Made by a program: the position numbers and the translations under genes. Under the pieces are notes generated by a model. The model ran no database searches. It was not told the origin of the DNA and was given only the letters and a program-made list of their open reading frames with translations. Positions 1 through 10,063 of a stretch of 64,000 bases of DNA are shown here, one piece after another; positions within the stretch are counted from its first letter, which is position 1, and every line of letters begins with the position of its first letter. The DNA is from an uncultured Clostridia bacterium (GTDB taxonomy: Bacteria; Bacillota; Clostridia; TANB77; CAG-465), in the NCBI GenBank assembly GCA_934130595.1, contig CAKOYF010000006.1, positions 8,994 to 72,993 of the forward strand. Direction: 5' to 3'.

Positions 1-1139
1 TTAGAGAATAAAGCTGAACAACATACAGCAAAGTTTGCTTGTCTCTTTTCATCTTTATTTTCACAATCGCATTCGCAAGCTTTGATTAGGTTAGATTTTT
101 TAAATCTCTTCCAGTAGTTTATTTCTTTTTCTGTAGCATTAGCAATTCTAGTCATTGTTTCTACACAGTTTAATGGATAGTCTCCTTGTGCAGATTCACC
201 AGAAAGCATTATTGCAGAAGTTCCATCATAAATTGCGTTAGCAACGTCAGATACTTCAGCTCTTGTTGGTCTTGGGTTACGTTGCATAGACTCTAACATT
301 TGAGTTGCAGTAACAACTGGTTTACCAGCTTTGATACATTTTTTAATCATCATTTTTTGAGCTGCTGGAACTGCTTCTTCAGGAATTTCAACTCCTAAGT
401 CACCACGAGCAACCATTATACCATCAGTAACTTTTAATATTTCATCAAAGTTATCTAATCCTTCTTGGTTTTCAATTTTAGAAATTATTTTTATAGAATT
501 TTTTCCACAAGAATCTAGATATGCTTTCATATCTAAAACATCTTGAGGTTTTCTGATAAATGAAGCAGCGATGAAATCAAAGTCATTTTCTACTGCAAAT
601 TTTAAATCAGATTTATCTTTTTCAGTCATAGCTTTTAATTGTAGTTTAGCACCTGGAACATTAACTCCACGTCTACCTTTTAATACAGCTGAATTTTGGA
701 AAGTACATTTAATTTCGTCTCCAGAAATTTCATCAATTAATAGGTCTACTAAACCATCATCAATTAAGATATGTCCACCAACTTCAACGTCTTGTGGAAG
801 ACCAGCATAGTTGATGTATAGAAGATCTTTAGTTCCTTCAACTTCTTTAGTTGTTAAAGTTATTTTATCTCCTTTTGTAAAGCTCATTTTTGTGTTTTGA
901 TCTGATCCGAAAGAACCTGTTCTAATTTCTGGTCCTTTAGTATCAAGCATGAATGCTACGTTTGTTCCAAGCTCAGCATTAATTTCTCTTAAAGTTTTTA
1001 CTTTAGCTAGGTGTTCTTCATGGTCACCATGTGAGAAGTTTAATCTCATTACGTTCATACCAGCTTTGATTAGAGAAGTTAGAACTTCTTTGCTTTCACT
1101 AGCTGGTCCAATTGTACAAACAATTTTAGTTTTTTTCAT
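1..1139 (-). CDS. pyk: pyruvate kinase, N-terminal ~379 codons (3' end lies beyond the window edge)
   Basis: Absent from the ORF track because there is no stop in the window. Minus-strand translation from ATG (1139-1137) reads [43 protein letters not shown]...[11 protein letters not shown], the canonical PK N-terminus. The + ORFs 571-810 and 949-1284 are its antisense shadows. Confidence 0.9.
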   Translation of the reverse strand, partial: MKKTKIVCTIGPASESKEVLTSLIKAGMNVMRLNFSHGDHEEHLAKVKTLREINAELGTNVAFMLDTKGPEIRTGSFGSDQNTKMSFTKGDKITLTTKEVEGTKDLLYINYAGLPQDVEVGGHILIDDGLVDLLIDEISGDEIKCTFQNSAVLKGRRGVNVPGAKLQLKAMTEKDKSDLKFAVENDFDFIAASFIRKPQDVLDMKAYLDSCGKNSIKIISKIENQEGLDNFDEILKVTDGIMVARGDLGVEIPEEAVPAAQKMMIKKCIKAGKPVVTATQMLESMQRNPRPTRAEVSDVANAIYDGTSAIMLSGESAQGDYPLNCVETMTRIANATEKEINYWKRFKKSNLIKACECDCENKDEKRQANFAVCCSALFS

Positions 1140-1367
1140 CTTTTTACATCTCCTTAAAATTCTATTTGCAAAATATTTAATGCTTACTATAAATATTTTG
1201 TCTAATGCACTTACTAGTATACATTTTAAGAGGTTAAAAGTCAATATAAAAGTGCGAAAAAAGATGAAAAATAACACAATATAATTGCCTAAAATATTGA
1301 AAAAATAGCTAAAATATAGTATAATATTAAACATAATGTAAAACAAATAAAAAATGAGGTGCAGAAA

Positions 1368-3413
1368 ATGGGAATAAAAAATTCAGTCTTTTTTTTGGAC
1401 TTAAACACATTAGATAAGAAAATTGATGACGACCTAAAAAAATTTGCTAAAGAAGAAGAACTAGATGAAAATGATGTTGTAAAGATAATACAAAATGAAG
1501 CAAGAAGAATAGGCGAGAAAAATAATGTAAAGGTAACTTTTAAAATTATTGATGGAAATGATGATGGATTTAGAGTTGTAGTTGAACCTGCAAATGTAAA
1601 ATATAAGGGAACAATTATATATCCATATGATAGGATCGAATCATCAGACTTTAAATTTAAATTAGATTCAGTATGTGGAAAAGTTACTTTATATAATAAG
1701 AAAGAAGAATGCAGAAAAATAACTGTTACTATAGATGGCGTTGCACTAGATATTTTTGCAATGACTTACCAAAAAGCAAAGGAATTCTTAATTGGAGTAA
1801 GTGATAGAAAAGCTAAAGAGGGATATCTTGAATTTCCAGATAGTATTTGTTTTAAACAATATGGTATAAAATTAAATGCTGCTAAAAATGAAAATGGAGA
1901 TATAATGGTAGATTCTCTTGTAGCTAGCATTGACGTGTTTAATAAGGATGAATTCTTTAAAGAATATTACTTTGAAGAAGAAAAAGAAGAAGAAAAATAC
2001 GATGTAAATATTCCTTTACCAGATGAATATAACTACGAAAAGAAAGATAAAAATGAAAATAAGAAATCTAAAACTATTGCTAAAAAGGAAGTAAATGATA
2101 TTGATATAGAAATAGAACTACCTGAACAACCAAAAAAAGAAGAAGTAGTAAAAGAAGAGACAAAGCCTGAAATAGTTTTTGAAGATAGTAGTATAGATAA
2201 AAGACAAGAAGAACTAGATAGAATAAGAGCTAGACAAGATGAAGAATTAGAAAAAGTAAAAGCAAGACTAAAGAAAGAACTTGAGGATGATTTAAAGAAG
2301 AGCTTAAAAAAATATGATGAGCAAAACGCTAAAAGACTTGAAGAAGAAAAACAAAAAATAGAGGAAGAAAGCGTACAAGATTATAAAGAAGAAGAGAAAA
2401 TTGAACAACAAGATGAAATAGAGATAGAAAAAGAACAAGAGGCAGAAATAGCAAAACTAAAAGAAGCTTTAGCTGAAATTCAACAAGATGAAGCTCCTGT
2501 GGTAAAAGAAGAAAAGAAAACTATTAAAAAAGAGGAGAAAAAAGAGAATCCACAACCAAAAGAAGTAGCAGAAGAAATAAAACCAGCTAAAAAAGAAGAA
2601 GTAGTAAAAAAAGTTGAAGAAGTTCAAGCTCCTGTTGAAAAACCAGAAGAAAAAGAAGAAATTCAACAAGACGAGATAAAACAAGAAGTACAAAGAGAAG
2701 AAATAAAAACAGATTTAAAATCTCAAATGAAAGTTGCTATAGTAACTGAAAATCAAAGAGAAATAAAAGAACTAGAAAGATTACTTGAAGAAGAAAAGAA
2801 ACAACAAGAAATATTAGAAAATAGAATAAAGGCTAAATTAAATGAATTAAAAGCTGCAGCTACAAAAAATGTAGAAGTAGTAGAAAAGGCACCAAAAGTT
2901 GAAGTTCAAGATATAACTGAACCAATAAAGATAAAAGAGCCTGATGGATTTGTTTCATACGAGATAGAAAGTTATAAAGGTTTAAAAGAACAAGGAAAAG
3001 AAAATTTAGCATTATATTTTGGGCAAGATAAAAAAGATATTAGAAAGTATTTTGGTGGAAAACCAAAAGAAATTAGAGATTACGAAGAAATGGAACTATA
3101 CGATATCTTTTATGCATATTATGATGATGAAGATAAATGTACTGGAATTGGAATATATAACCAAGAAGTGTACAAAGATAAAATAGCATTATATATGTTT
3201 GGACAAAATTTAATTACAATGAAATATAGAGATATAGTTAAATTAATAAAGAAGAATGATTATAATGCAATTGAAGATGATGATGGTATAATTTCTTTAA
3301 AATATGGAATATCAGTAGATCCTAGAGAAGATTCAAATTATAAAGATGAAATAGGAGATGTTATTCATATATTTAAAAAAGGATACTATGATGAAGTTTA
3401 TGAAAATTTTTAG
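1368..3413 (+). CDS. hypothetical protein with a very long Glu/Lys-rich central region
   Basis: The track ORF starts at GTG 1359. ATG 1368 lies 7 nt after GAGG (1357-1360) and is the likelier start. The central ~300 aa are almost only E/K/Q/I/V. I do not recognise any motif in the flanking globular parts. Confidence 0.6.
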   Translation: MGIKNSVFFLDLNTLDKKIDDDLKKFAKEEELDENDVVKIIQNEARRIGEKNNVKVTFKIIDGNDDGFRVVVEPANVKYKGTIIYPYDRIESSDFKFKLDSVCGKVTLYNKKEECRKITVTIDGVALDIFAMTYQKAKEFLIGVSDRKAKEGYLEFPDSICFKQYGIKLNAAKNENGDIMVDSLVASIDVFNKDEFFKEYYFEEEKEEEKYDVNIPLPDEYNYEKKDKNENKKSKTIAKKEVNDIDIEIELPEQPKKEEVVKEETKPEIVFEDSSIDKRQEELDRIRARQDEELEKVKARLKKELEDDLKKSLKKYDEQNAKRLEEEKQKIEEESVQDYKEEEKIEQQDEIEIEKEQEAEIAKLKEALAEIQQDEAPVVKEEKKTIKKEEKKENPQPKEVAEEIKPAKKEEVVKKVEEVQAPVEKPEEKEEIQQDEIKQEVQREEIKTDLKSQMKVAIVTENQREIKELERLLEEEKKQQEILENRIKAKLNELKAAATKNVEVVEKAPKVEVQDITEPIKIKEPDGFVSYEIESYKGLKEQGKENLALYFGQDKKDIRKYFGGKPKEIRDYEEMELYDIFYAYYDDEDKCTGIGIYNQEVYKDKIALYMFGQNLITMKYRDIVKLIKKNDYNAIEDDDGIISLKYGISVDPREDSNYKDEIGDVIHIFKKGYYDEVYENF

Positions 3414-3496
3414 AATATAAACAGTAAAAAAGTCTCACCTTAAAAAGGGAGACTTTTTTCATCTAAAAGTGCTATTTATCAACACTTTTAAGCAAT

Positions 3497-3530
3497 TCCT
3501 ATTGACTTGGTAGGAAAACCGTGATATAAT
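3497..3530 (+). promoter_or_regulatory. suf operon promoter with an inverted repeat over the -35
   Basis: TTGACT (3503-3508), 16-nt spacer, TGaTATAAT (3522-3530). TTCCTA (3497-3502) and TAGGAA (3511-3516) form an inverted repeat bracketing the -35. Confidence 0.5.
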
Positions 3531-3578
3531 TCCTACTAATTTAATATGAAATATAAAGATAAGGAGAATATGTATAAT

Positions 3579-4325
3579 ATGGAAAATTTATTAAAAATAA
3601 AAGATCTATGTGCAAAAGCACAAGACAAAGAAATTTTAAAGGGATTAAATTTGACAATAAATAAAGGCGAAGTTCACGTTATAATGGGACCAAATGGAGC
3701 AGGAAAATCTACTCTAGCTAATGTTATTTTAAATAATCCTTCATATATAAAAACAAGTGGAGAAGTTGAATTTGATGGAGAAAACATAAATGAACTAAGA
3801 ACAAATGAAATTGCTAAAAAAGGAATATTTATGTCTTTCCAATCACCAGAAGAAATTCCAGGAATATCTACACTTAACTTTTTAAAATATGCAAAAAGTA
3901 AAGTATCAGATGAACCAATTAAAAGCTTTAAATTTAGATATATGTTAAAAAAATATATAGATGAATTAAATATGAATCCAAAGCTTATTGAAAGAAACTT
4001 AAATGTAGGATTTTCTGGTGGAGAAAAGAAGAAAAATGAAATACTACAAATGTTAGTATTAGAGCCAAAGCTAGCAATACTAGATGAAACAGATTCAGGA
4101 CTAGATGTTGATGCTATAAAAACAGTTTCAAAAGGTATAAGCATGTATAAAAATGAAAATAATGCCGTATTAATTATTACACACAACAACCGTATCTTAG
4201 AAAATTTAAAAGTAGACTACGTTCATGTATTAGTTAATGGAAAAATAGTAAAAACAGGTGACGCAAGTCTTGCAGAAGAGATCGAAAGAGAAGGTTACGA
4301 AAAATATAAGAAAGTTGAGGAATAA
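3579..4325 (+). CDS. sufC: Fe-S cluster assembly ATPase SufC
   Basis: Walker A GPNGAGKST, signature FSGGEKKK, Walker B LAILDETDSGLD. First gene of a sufCBDSU array. The start among ATG 3546/3570/3579 is uncertain; 3579 lies 12 nt after GGAG. Confidence 0.9.
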   Translation: MENLLKIKDLCAKAQDKEILKGLNLTINKGEVHVIMGPNGAGKSTLANVILNNPSYIKTSGEVEFDGENINELRTNEIAKKGIFMSFQSPEEIPGISTLNFLKYAKSKVSDEPIKSFKFRYMLKKYIDELNMNPKLIERNLNVGFSGGEKKKNEILQMLVLEPKLAILDETDSGLDVDAIKTVSKGISMYKNENNAVLIITHNNRILENLKVDYVHVLVNGKIVKTGDASLAEEIEREGYEKYKKVEE

Positions 4326-4327
4326 TA

Positions 4328-5731
4328 ATGGCTGGAAAAACTAAAGTAGAAGATATAAATAGAAATATTTATGATATAAAAGATAAAGATAACTATGAGT
4401 TTAAAATGCAAAAGGGCCTAAGTAGAGAAATCGTTGAAGAAATATCTAGAATGAAAAATGAGCCACAATGGATGCTAGATATTAGACTTAAGGCTTTAGA
4501 AGAATATAACAAATTAGAACTTCCTACTTGGGGTCCAGATTTGTCTGAACTAAAAATGGATGAGATAGCAACATATGTAAAACCAAAAGCAAACTTAAAT
4601 TCTTCATGGGATGATGTACCAGAAGATATAAAAAATACTTTTGATAGATTAGGCATACCAGAAGCTGAAAAGAAGTCTTTAGCAGGTGTTGGAGCACAAT
4701 ATGATTCAGAAGTAGTGTACCACAGTATAAAAGATGAACTAATTAAGCAAGGTGTAATCTATACAGATATGGATACTGCTGTAAGAGAATATCCAGAAAT
4801 CGTAAAAAAACACTTTATGAAATGTGTACCAATAAATGATCATAAATTTGTTGCTTTACATGCAGCTGTTTGGTCTGGCGGATCTTTTGTATATGTTCCT
4901 GAAAATGTAAAACTAGATATACCATTGCAATCATATTTTAGACTTAATTCACCAGAATCAGGACAATTTGAACATACTTTAATTATAGTTGAAAAAGGAG
5001 CAAAGCTTCACTTTATAGAAGGCTGTAGTGCACCAAAATATAATAAAGTTAATTTACACGCAGGATGTGTTGAATTATATGTAAAAGATGATGCATATTT
5101 AAGATATTCAACAATAGAAAACTGGTCAAAAAACATGATGAACTTGAATACTAAAAAAGCAATAGTTGGAAAAAATGCTCAAATTGATTGGGTAACAGGT
5201 TCATTTGGTTCAAAAGTATCAATGTTATATCCTATGAGTATATTAAATGGAGAAGGAGCAAAAACAGAGTATACAGGTATTACTTTTGCAGGAGAAGGAC
5301 AAAATCTAGATACAGGATTTAAAGTAGTTCATAATGCACCAAATACATCTTCTGTTGTAAACTCAAAATCTATTTCTAAAAATGGTGGAGCATGTACATA
5401 TAGAGCACTAGTAAGAATAGCAAAAAAAGCAAAAGGATCAAAATGTAGTGTAAGCTGTGAATCACTAATGTTAGATGATATATCTCGTTCAGATACAATT
5501 CCTGTAAACGATATTCAAACTGATGAAGTAGAATTCTCACATGAAGCTAAAATAGGAAAAATTAGTGATAAAGAAATATTCTACTTAATGTCAAGAGGAC
5601 TATCAGAAGAAGATGCAAAAGCTATGATAGTAAGAGGATTTGCATATCCTGTGTCAAAAGAATTACCTGTTGAGTATGCTGTTGAGATGAATAATTTAAT
5701 TAATATAGAATTAGAAGGGAGTATTGGATAA
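4328..5731 (+). CDS. sufB: Fe-S cluster assembly scaffold protein SufB
   Basis: 467 aa with a typical SufB C-terminus (...FYLMSRGLSEEDAKAMIVRGF...). Sits between sufC and sufD. Confidence 0.9.
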   Translation: MAGKTKVEDINRNIYDIKDKDNYEFKMQKGLSREIVEEISRMKNEPQWMLDIRLKALEEYNKLELPTWGPDLSELKMDEIATYVKPKANLNSSWDDVPEDIKNTFDRLGIPEAEKKSLAGVGAQYDSEVVYHSIKDELIKQGVIYTDMDTAVREYPEIVKKHFMKCVPINDHKFVALHAAVWSGGSFVYVPENVKLDIPLQSYFRLNSPESGQFEHTLIIVEKGAKLHFIEGCSAPKYNKVNLHAGCVELYVKDDAYLRYSTIENWSKNMMNLNTKKAIVGKNAQIDWVTGSFGSKVSMLYPMSILNGEGAKTEYTGITFAGEGQNLDTGFKVVHNAPNTSSVVNSKSISKNGGACTYRALVRIAKKAKGSKCSVSCESLMLDDISRSDTIPVNDIQTDEVEFSHEAKIGKISDKEIFYLMSRGLSEEDAKAMIVRGFAYPVSKELPVEYAVEMNNLINIELEGSIG

Positions 5732-6777
5732 TGGATATAAAAGTAAATGAAACTCCTGTAAGAACTTCAAGAAATTTTAGGATAAATAACTTACAGATAG
5801 AAAATGTTAATATTCCTGAAAATATAGTAAAGTTTGAAAATATAGAAATTACTCAAGATGGAACAGAAATATCTAATGATGTTTCATCAAATAAATTAGT
5901 ATATGGTAATGGAGATATATTAGAGAATAATGTGTATAATTTTGCAAATAATACATTAAAAATAACAAGTAATAAAAATAAGAGTAATGTAAAAATAGTA
6001 TACACATTTGATGATGAAAATACAGTACTAGTAAATAATATAGAACTTGTAGCACAAAAAGATGTAAATGTAGTTATTGTATACAATTCAAAAACAGATA
6101 AAGAATGTTTTCATAATGGTATTATTAAAGTTAAAGCAAATTCAAATGTAAATGCAAATATTCAAATTGTTAATTTGTTAAATGATAATACATACAATTT
6201 TGATGCTATTGAAAATGATTTATATGATAAATCAAATGTTAAATATACAATAGTAGATATTGGTGGAAAATATAGTATTTCAAACTATTATTCAAATATA
6301 TTTGGAGAAGGCGCTAAAAATGATTTGAAAACTATATATCTTGGAGTAAATAGCCAAATAAAAGATATAAATTATATAGCACATTTGAAAGGAAAAGATA
6401 CTGTAATAGATATTGATGTTCAAGGTGCTTTAAGAGATAATACAAAGAAAAATTTTAAAGGTACTATAGATTTTAAACGTGGATGTAAAGGTGCAAAAGG
6501 TGATGAAAATGAATTCTGTATGCTACTTTCACCAGAAGCTAAATCTTTAGCACTACCTATGCTTTTATGTACAGAAGACGATGTAGAAGGAAACCATTCT
6601 ACAGCTTCTGGAAAAGTTGATGAAAAATCTCTATTTTATATAATGAGTAGAGGATTTTCTGAAAAAGAAGCAATAAAACTTATAGTAAAAGCAAGATTTA
6701 CAAAAATAATCGAAAGAATAAAAGACGAAGAATTAAGAAATGTAATTTTAGATGAAATCGATAGGAGGCTAATATAA
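5731..6777 (+). CDS. sufD: Fe-S cluster assembly protein SufD
   Basis: 348 aa SufB/SufD-family C-terminal region (CTEDDVEGNHSTASGKVDEKSLFYIMSRGFSEKEA). Its start overlaps the sufB stop. Confidence 0.8.
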   Translation: MDIKVNETPVRTSRNFRINNLQIENVNIPENIVKFENIEITQDGTEISNDVSSNKLVYGNGDILENNVYNFANNTLKITSNKNKSNVKIVYTFDDENTVLVNNIELVAQKDVNVVIVYNSKTDKECFHNGIIKVKANSNVNANIQIVNLLNDNTYNFDAIENDLYDKSNVKYTIVDIGGKYSISNYYSNIFGEGAKNDLKTIYLGVNSQIKDINYIAHLKGKDTVIDIDVQGALRDNTKKNFKGTIDFKRGCKGAKGDENEFCMLLSPEAKSLALPMLLCTEDDVEGNHSTASGKVDEKSLFYIMSRGFSEKEAIKLIVKARFTKIIERIKDEELRNVILDEIDRRLI

Positions 6778-6778
6778 T

Positions 6779-7993
6779 ATGGATTATAAAAAAGATTTTC
6801 CAATTTTATTAGAAAACAATATTGCATATTTAGATAGTGGAGCTACAACTCAAAAACCACAAGAGGTTATAGATACTGTAGATAGATATTACAAAACTCA
6901 AAATGCAAATCCTCATAGAGGTGCATATAGCCTTAGTATAGAAGCAACACAAGTGTATGAACAAACAAGAGAAAAAGTAGCAAAGTTCATTAATTCTCAA
7001 TCATCTTCACAAATTATATTCACTAAGAATGCAAGTGAATCTTTAAATTTAATTGCTTATTCATATGGATTAGATAATTTGAAAAAAGATGATGAGATAG
7101 TACTAAGTATTATGGAACATCATTCTAATTTAGTTCCATGGCAATATGTAGCTAAAAAAACAGGTAGTACATTAAAATATATGTATATAAATGATAATTT
7201 TGAATTGTCTGATGAAGAAATAAAATCTAAGATAACAGATAAAACTAAAATTGTTGGAATAACTCATGTATCTAATGTAACTGGTACAATAAATAACGTT
7301 AAAGAAATAATAAAATATGCTCATAGCAAAGGTGCTATTGTAGTACTAGATGCATCTCAAAGCATACCACATATGAAAATAGATGTTCAAAAATTAGATG
7401 CGGATTTTGTTGTATTTTCAGGACATAAAATGTTATCTCCTTTAGGAATAGGTGTTTTATATGGAAAAAAAGAATTACTTGAGAATATGACACCATTTTT
7501 AATGGGCGGAGATATGATAGAGTATGTTTATGAACAAGAAACAACATATGCTCCACTTCCAAGTAAATTTGAAGCTGGTACACAAAATGTAGGAGGCGTT
7601 GTTGGACTTGGTGCAGCTATAGATTATATTGAAAAAGTTGGATATGATAATATAGAAAAAATAGAAAAAGAGCTAGTAAAATATGCAAAAGAAGAACTAG
7701 AAAAACTAAAATATGTAAAACTATATATGACTTCAAATGAAAATAATCATTCTGCAGTTATATCATTTAATATAATTGGAGTACATCCTCATGATGTAGC
7801 AAGTATTCTAGATTCACAAGGTGTTTGTGTAAGAAGTGGTAACCATTGTGCACAACCTTTACTTAGATATCTTGGAATAGATTCTACATGTAGAGCAAGC
7901 TTTTATTTATATAATACTAAAGAAGATGTAGACAGACTTGTTGAAGCTATAAAAAAAGCATATAAGATGTTTGAAAAATATATTAAAAACTAA
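6779..7993 (+). CDS. sufS: cysteine desulfurase SufS (group II)
   Basis: PLP-lysine context FSGHKMLSPLGIGVLYG and catalytic Cys loop RSGNHCAQP. 404 aa. Confidence 0.9.
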   Translation: MDYKKDFPILLENNIAYLDSGATTQKPQEVIDTVDRYYKTQNANPHRGAYSLSIEATQVYEQTREKVAKFINSQSSSQIIFTKNASESLNLIAYSYGLDNLKKDDEIVLSIMEHHSNLVPWQYVAKKTGSTLKYMYINDNFELSDEEIKSKITDKTKIVGITHVSNVTGTINNVKEIIKYAHSKGAIVVLDASQSIPHMKIDVQKLDADFVVFSGHKMLSPLGIGVLYGKKELLENMTPFLMGGDMIEYVYEQETTYAPLPSKFEAGTQNVGGVVGLGAAIDYIEKVGYDNIEKIEKELVKYAKEELEKLKYVKLYMTSNENNHSAVISFNIIGVHPHDVASILDSQGVCVRSGNHCAQPLLRYLGIDSTCRASFYLYNTKEDVDRLVEAIKKAYKMFEKYIKN

Positions 7994-8013
7994 AGAGGAA
8001 AGGAACGTTTTTG

Positions 8014-8451
8014 ATGGATAATTTAGATGAATTATATAATGACATTATAATGGAACACAGTATGAATTCATATAATAAAAAGCAATTACAATCTTGTGAT
8101 TTTTGTGAATTAGGTCATAATCCAAATTGTGGTGATGAAATAAAAATAGAGGTAAAACTTAATGGTGATGTAATTGAAGATATGGCTTTTACAGGTCATG
8201 GATGTGCTATATCTCAAAGTTCTACATCTGTAATGATTGATGTATTAAAAGGTAAGACTATTAAAGAGGCAAAAGAAATAATTAAAACTTTTATTGATAT
8301 GATTAAAAGAGAAATAACAGATGAAAAAGAACTTGAAAAGTTAGAAGATGCAATTGCATTTAAAAATATATCTAATATGCCAGCAAGAGTAAAATGTGCA
8401 CTTTTAGCATGGCACACAATGGATGATTTATTACAAAAAAATAATAAATAA
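8014..8451 (+). CDS. sufU: SufU (IscU-like zinc-dependent sulfur transfer protein)
   Basis: GHNPNCGDE, GHGCAISQSS and ARVKCALLAW cysteine motifs. ATG 8014 follows GAGGAAAGGA. Confidence 0.85.
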   Translation: MDNLDELYNDIIMEHSMNSYNKKQLQSCDFCELGHNPNCGDEIKIEVKLNGDVIEDMAFTGHGCAISQSSTSVMIDVLKGKTIKEAKEIIKTFIDMIKREITDEKELEKLEDAIAFKNISNMPARVKCALLAWHTMDDLLQKNNK

Positions 8452-8467
8452 AAAAAGGGGAGAGTAA

Positions 8468-8872
8468 ATGAGAATTTCTACGAAGGGAAGATATGCATTA
8501 AATATAATGATAGACTTAGCTAAAAATTCGGATGATAATAAATGTGTATCAATTACAGAAATTTCAAAAAGACTTGAAATTTCAAATAAATATTTAGAGC
8601 AAATAATATCTGCATTAAATAAAAACAATTTAGTTATAAGTACAAGAGGAAATAACGGAGGATATAAACTTTCTAGAAAGCCTGAAGAATATAGAATAGG
8701 AGATATTTTAAGAGCTACTGAAGGAAATCTTTCACCAATAGATTGCTTGTCAACTGGAAAAGTAAATGTATGTCCAAAGAAGAATAAATGTGCAACTTTA
8801 TCTTTTTGGCAAGGTTTAGATAAAGCTATCGAAGAGTATGTAGATAGTAAAACTCTTGCAGACTTAATTTAG
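8468..8872 (+). CDS. Rrf2-family transcriptional regulator (CymR/IscR-like)
   Basis: The N-terminus MRISTKGRYALNIMIDLA is the Rrf2 wHTH signature. Its position ahead of a desulfurase and mnmA mirrors the B. subtilis cymR-yrvO-mnmA arrangement. Confidence 0.85.
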   Translation: MRISTKGRYALNIMIDLAKNSDDNKCVSITEISKRLEISNKYLEQIISALNKNNLVISTRGNNGGYKLSRKPEEYRIGDILRATEGNLSPIDCLSTGKVNVCPKKNKCATLSFWQGLDKAIEEYVDSKTLADLI

Positions 8873-8885
8873 GAGAAAAAGTAAA

Positions 8886-10028
8886 ATGAAAAATGTATAT
8901 TTAGATAATAGTGCAACAACTAGAATGGATAGCAGTGTTTTAGAAGAAATGATACCTTTTTTAAGCGATAATTATGGAAATGCTTCTAGTGTATATTCTA
9001 TTGGCAGATTAAGTAAAAAAGCTATAGAAGATTCAAGAGAAAAAGTAGCAAATATTTTAAATTGCAGACCAGATGAAATATATTTTACATCTGGCGGAAG
9101 TGAATCAGACAATACAGCCATTAAAGGTATAGCTAGAGCAAATAAAGAAAAAGGAAAACATATTATAACTAGTAAGATTGAGCATTTGGCAGTATTAGAT
9201 ACATGTAAAAAGCTAGAAGAAGATGGCTTTGAAGTAACATATTTAGATGTAGACAAATATGGAAGAATTAACTTAGATGAGTTGAAGAGTTCTATTAGAA
9301 AAGATACTATATTAATTAGTATAATGTATGCAAATAATGAAGTAGGTACAATACAACAGATTTCTCAAATAGGAAAAATAGCTAAAGAAAATAATATATA
9401 TTTTCATACTGATGCAGTACAAGCTATAGGTAGTGTAAAAATAGATGTACAAGCTCAAAACATAGATAGTCTTTCTTTATCTGCTCATAAATTTTATGGA
9501 CCAAAAGGAATAGGCGTTTTATATGTAAAAAAAGATATAAAATTTGAAAAATTTATTGATGGTGGACATCAAGAAAGAAATAAGAGAGCGGGAACAGAAA
9601 ATGTAGCAAATATTGTTGGACTTGCAAAAGCACTAGAAATGGCTTATGATAAATTAGAGGAACATACTTTAAAAATATCTCAATTAAGAGACTATTATGA
9701 AAATAGTGTAAAAGAAAGTATTCCAAATATTAAGATTAATGGAGATATTAATGATAGATTACCAGGAAACAGCAATATTTCTTTCATAGGTGTTAATGGA
9801 CAAGATTTGTTACTAAATTTAGATATGATGGGAATATGCGTATCTAGTGGTAGTGCATGTACATCTGGATCAATAAATGCTTCACATGTATTAATGGCAT
9901 TAGGATTAGATGAAGATATTGCTAGATCATCTATTAGAGTATCAATTGGAAAATACAATACTAAAGAAGATATAGATTATTTAGTAAAAAATTTAATTGA
10001 GATTGTAGATAGACAAAGAAAAATATAG
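8886..10028 (+). CDS. cysteine desulfurase, NifS/IscS type (group I)
   Basis: SAHKFYGPKGIGVLY PLP-lysine motif and SSGSACTSG catalytic Cys loop. 380 aa. Confidence 0.9.
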   Translation: MKNVYLDNSATTRMDSSVLEEMIPFLSDNYGNASSVYSIGRLSKKAIEDSREKVANILNCRPDEIYFTSGGSESDNTAIKGIARANKEKGKHIITSKIEHLAVLDTCKKLEEDGFEVTYLDVDKYGRINLDELKSSIRKDTILISIMYANNEVGTIQQISQIGKIAKENNIYFHTDAVQAIGSVKIDVQAQNIDSLSLSAHKFYGPKGIGVLYVKKDIKFEKFIDGGHQERNKRAGTENVANIVGLAKALEMAYDKLEEHTLKISQLRDYYENSVKESIPNIKINGDINDRLPGNSNISFIGVNGQDLLLNLDMMGICVSSGSACTSGSINASHVLMALGLDEDIARSSIRVSIGKYNTKEDIDYLVKNLIEIVDRQRKI

Positions 10029-10063
10029 TAAAACCAATGTAACAAGGTAACTAGGAGGAAAAA

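Noticed and set aside
571-1284. Plus-strand ORFs 571-810 and 949-1284.
   Set aside because: They are antisense to the clearly recognisable pyruvate kinase gene on the minus strand.
2469-2693. Minus-strand 74-aa ORF (F/L/Y-rich) inside the E/K-rich gene. The same applies to most other minus-strand track ORFs, including 3674-4189, 4393-4656, 5853-6086, 8972-9256, 9993-10274, 12472-12795, 30358-30633, 31959-32348, 36807-37178, 38509-38853, 60221-60757, 61797-62195 and 63464-63940.
   Set aside because: Each lies entirely antisense to a + strand gene that has strong motif support. The translations are low-complexity F/L/S/I-rich, as expected from the complement of AT-rich, purine-skewed coding DNA. 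None has a convincing SD.
2000-2900. Possible tandem DNA repeat or CRISPR-like periodicity in the GAA/AAA-rich stretch.
   Set aside because: There is no exact repeat unit or spacer structure. It is compositional low complexity encoding E/K residues within one open frame.
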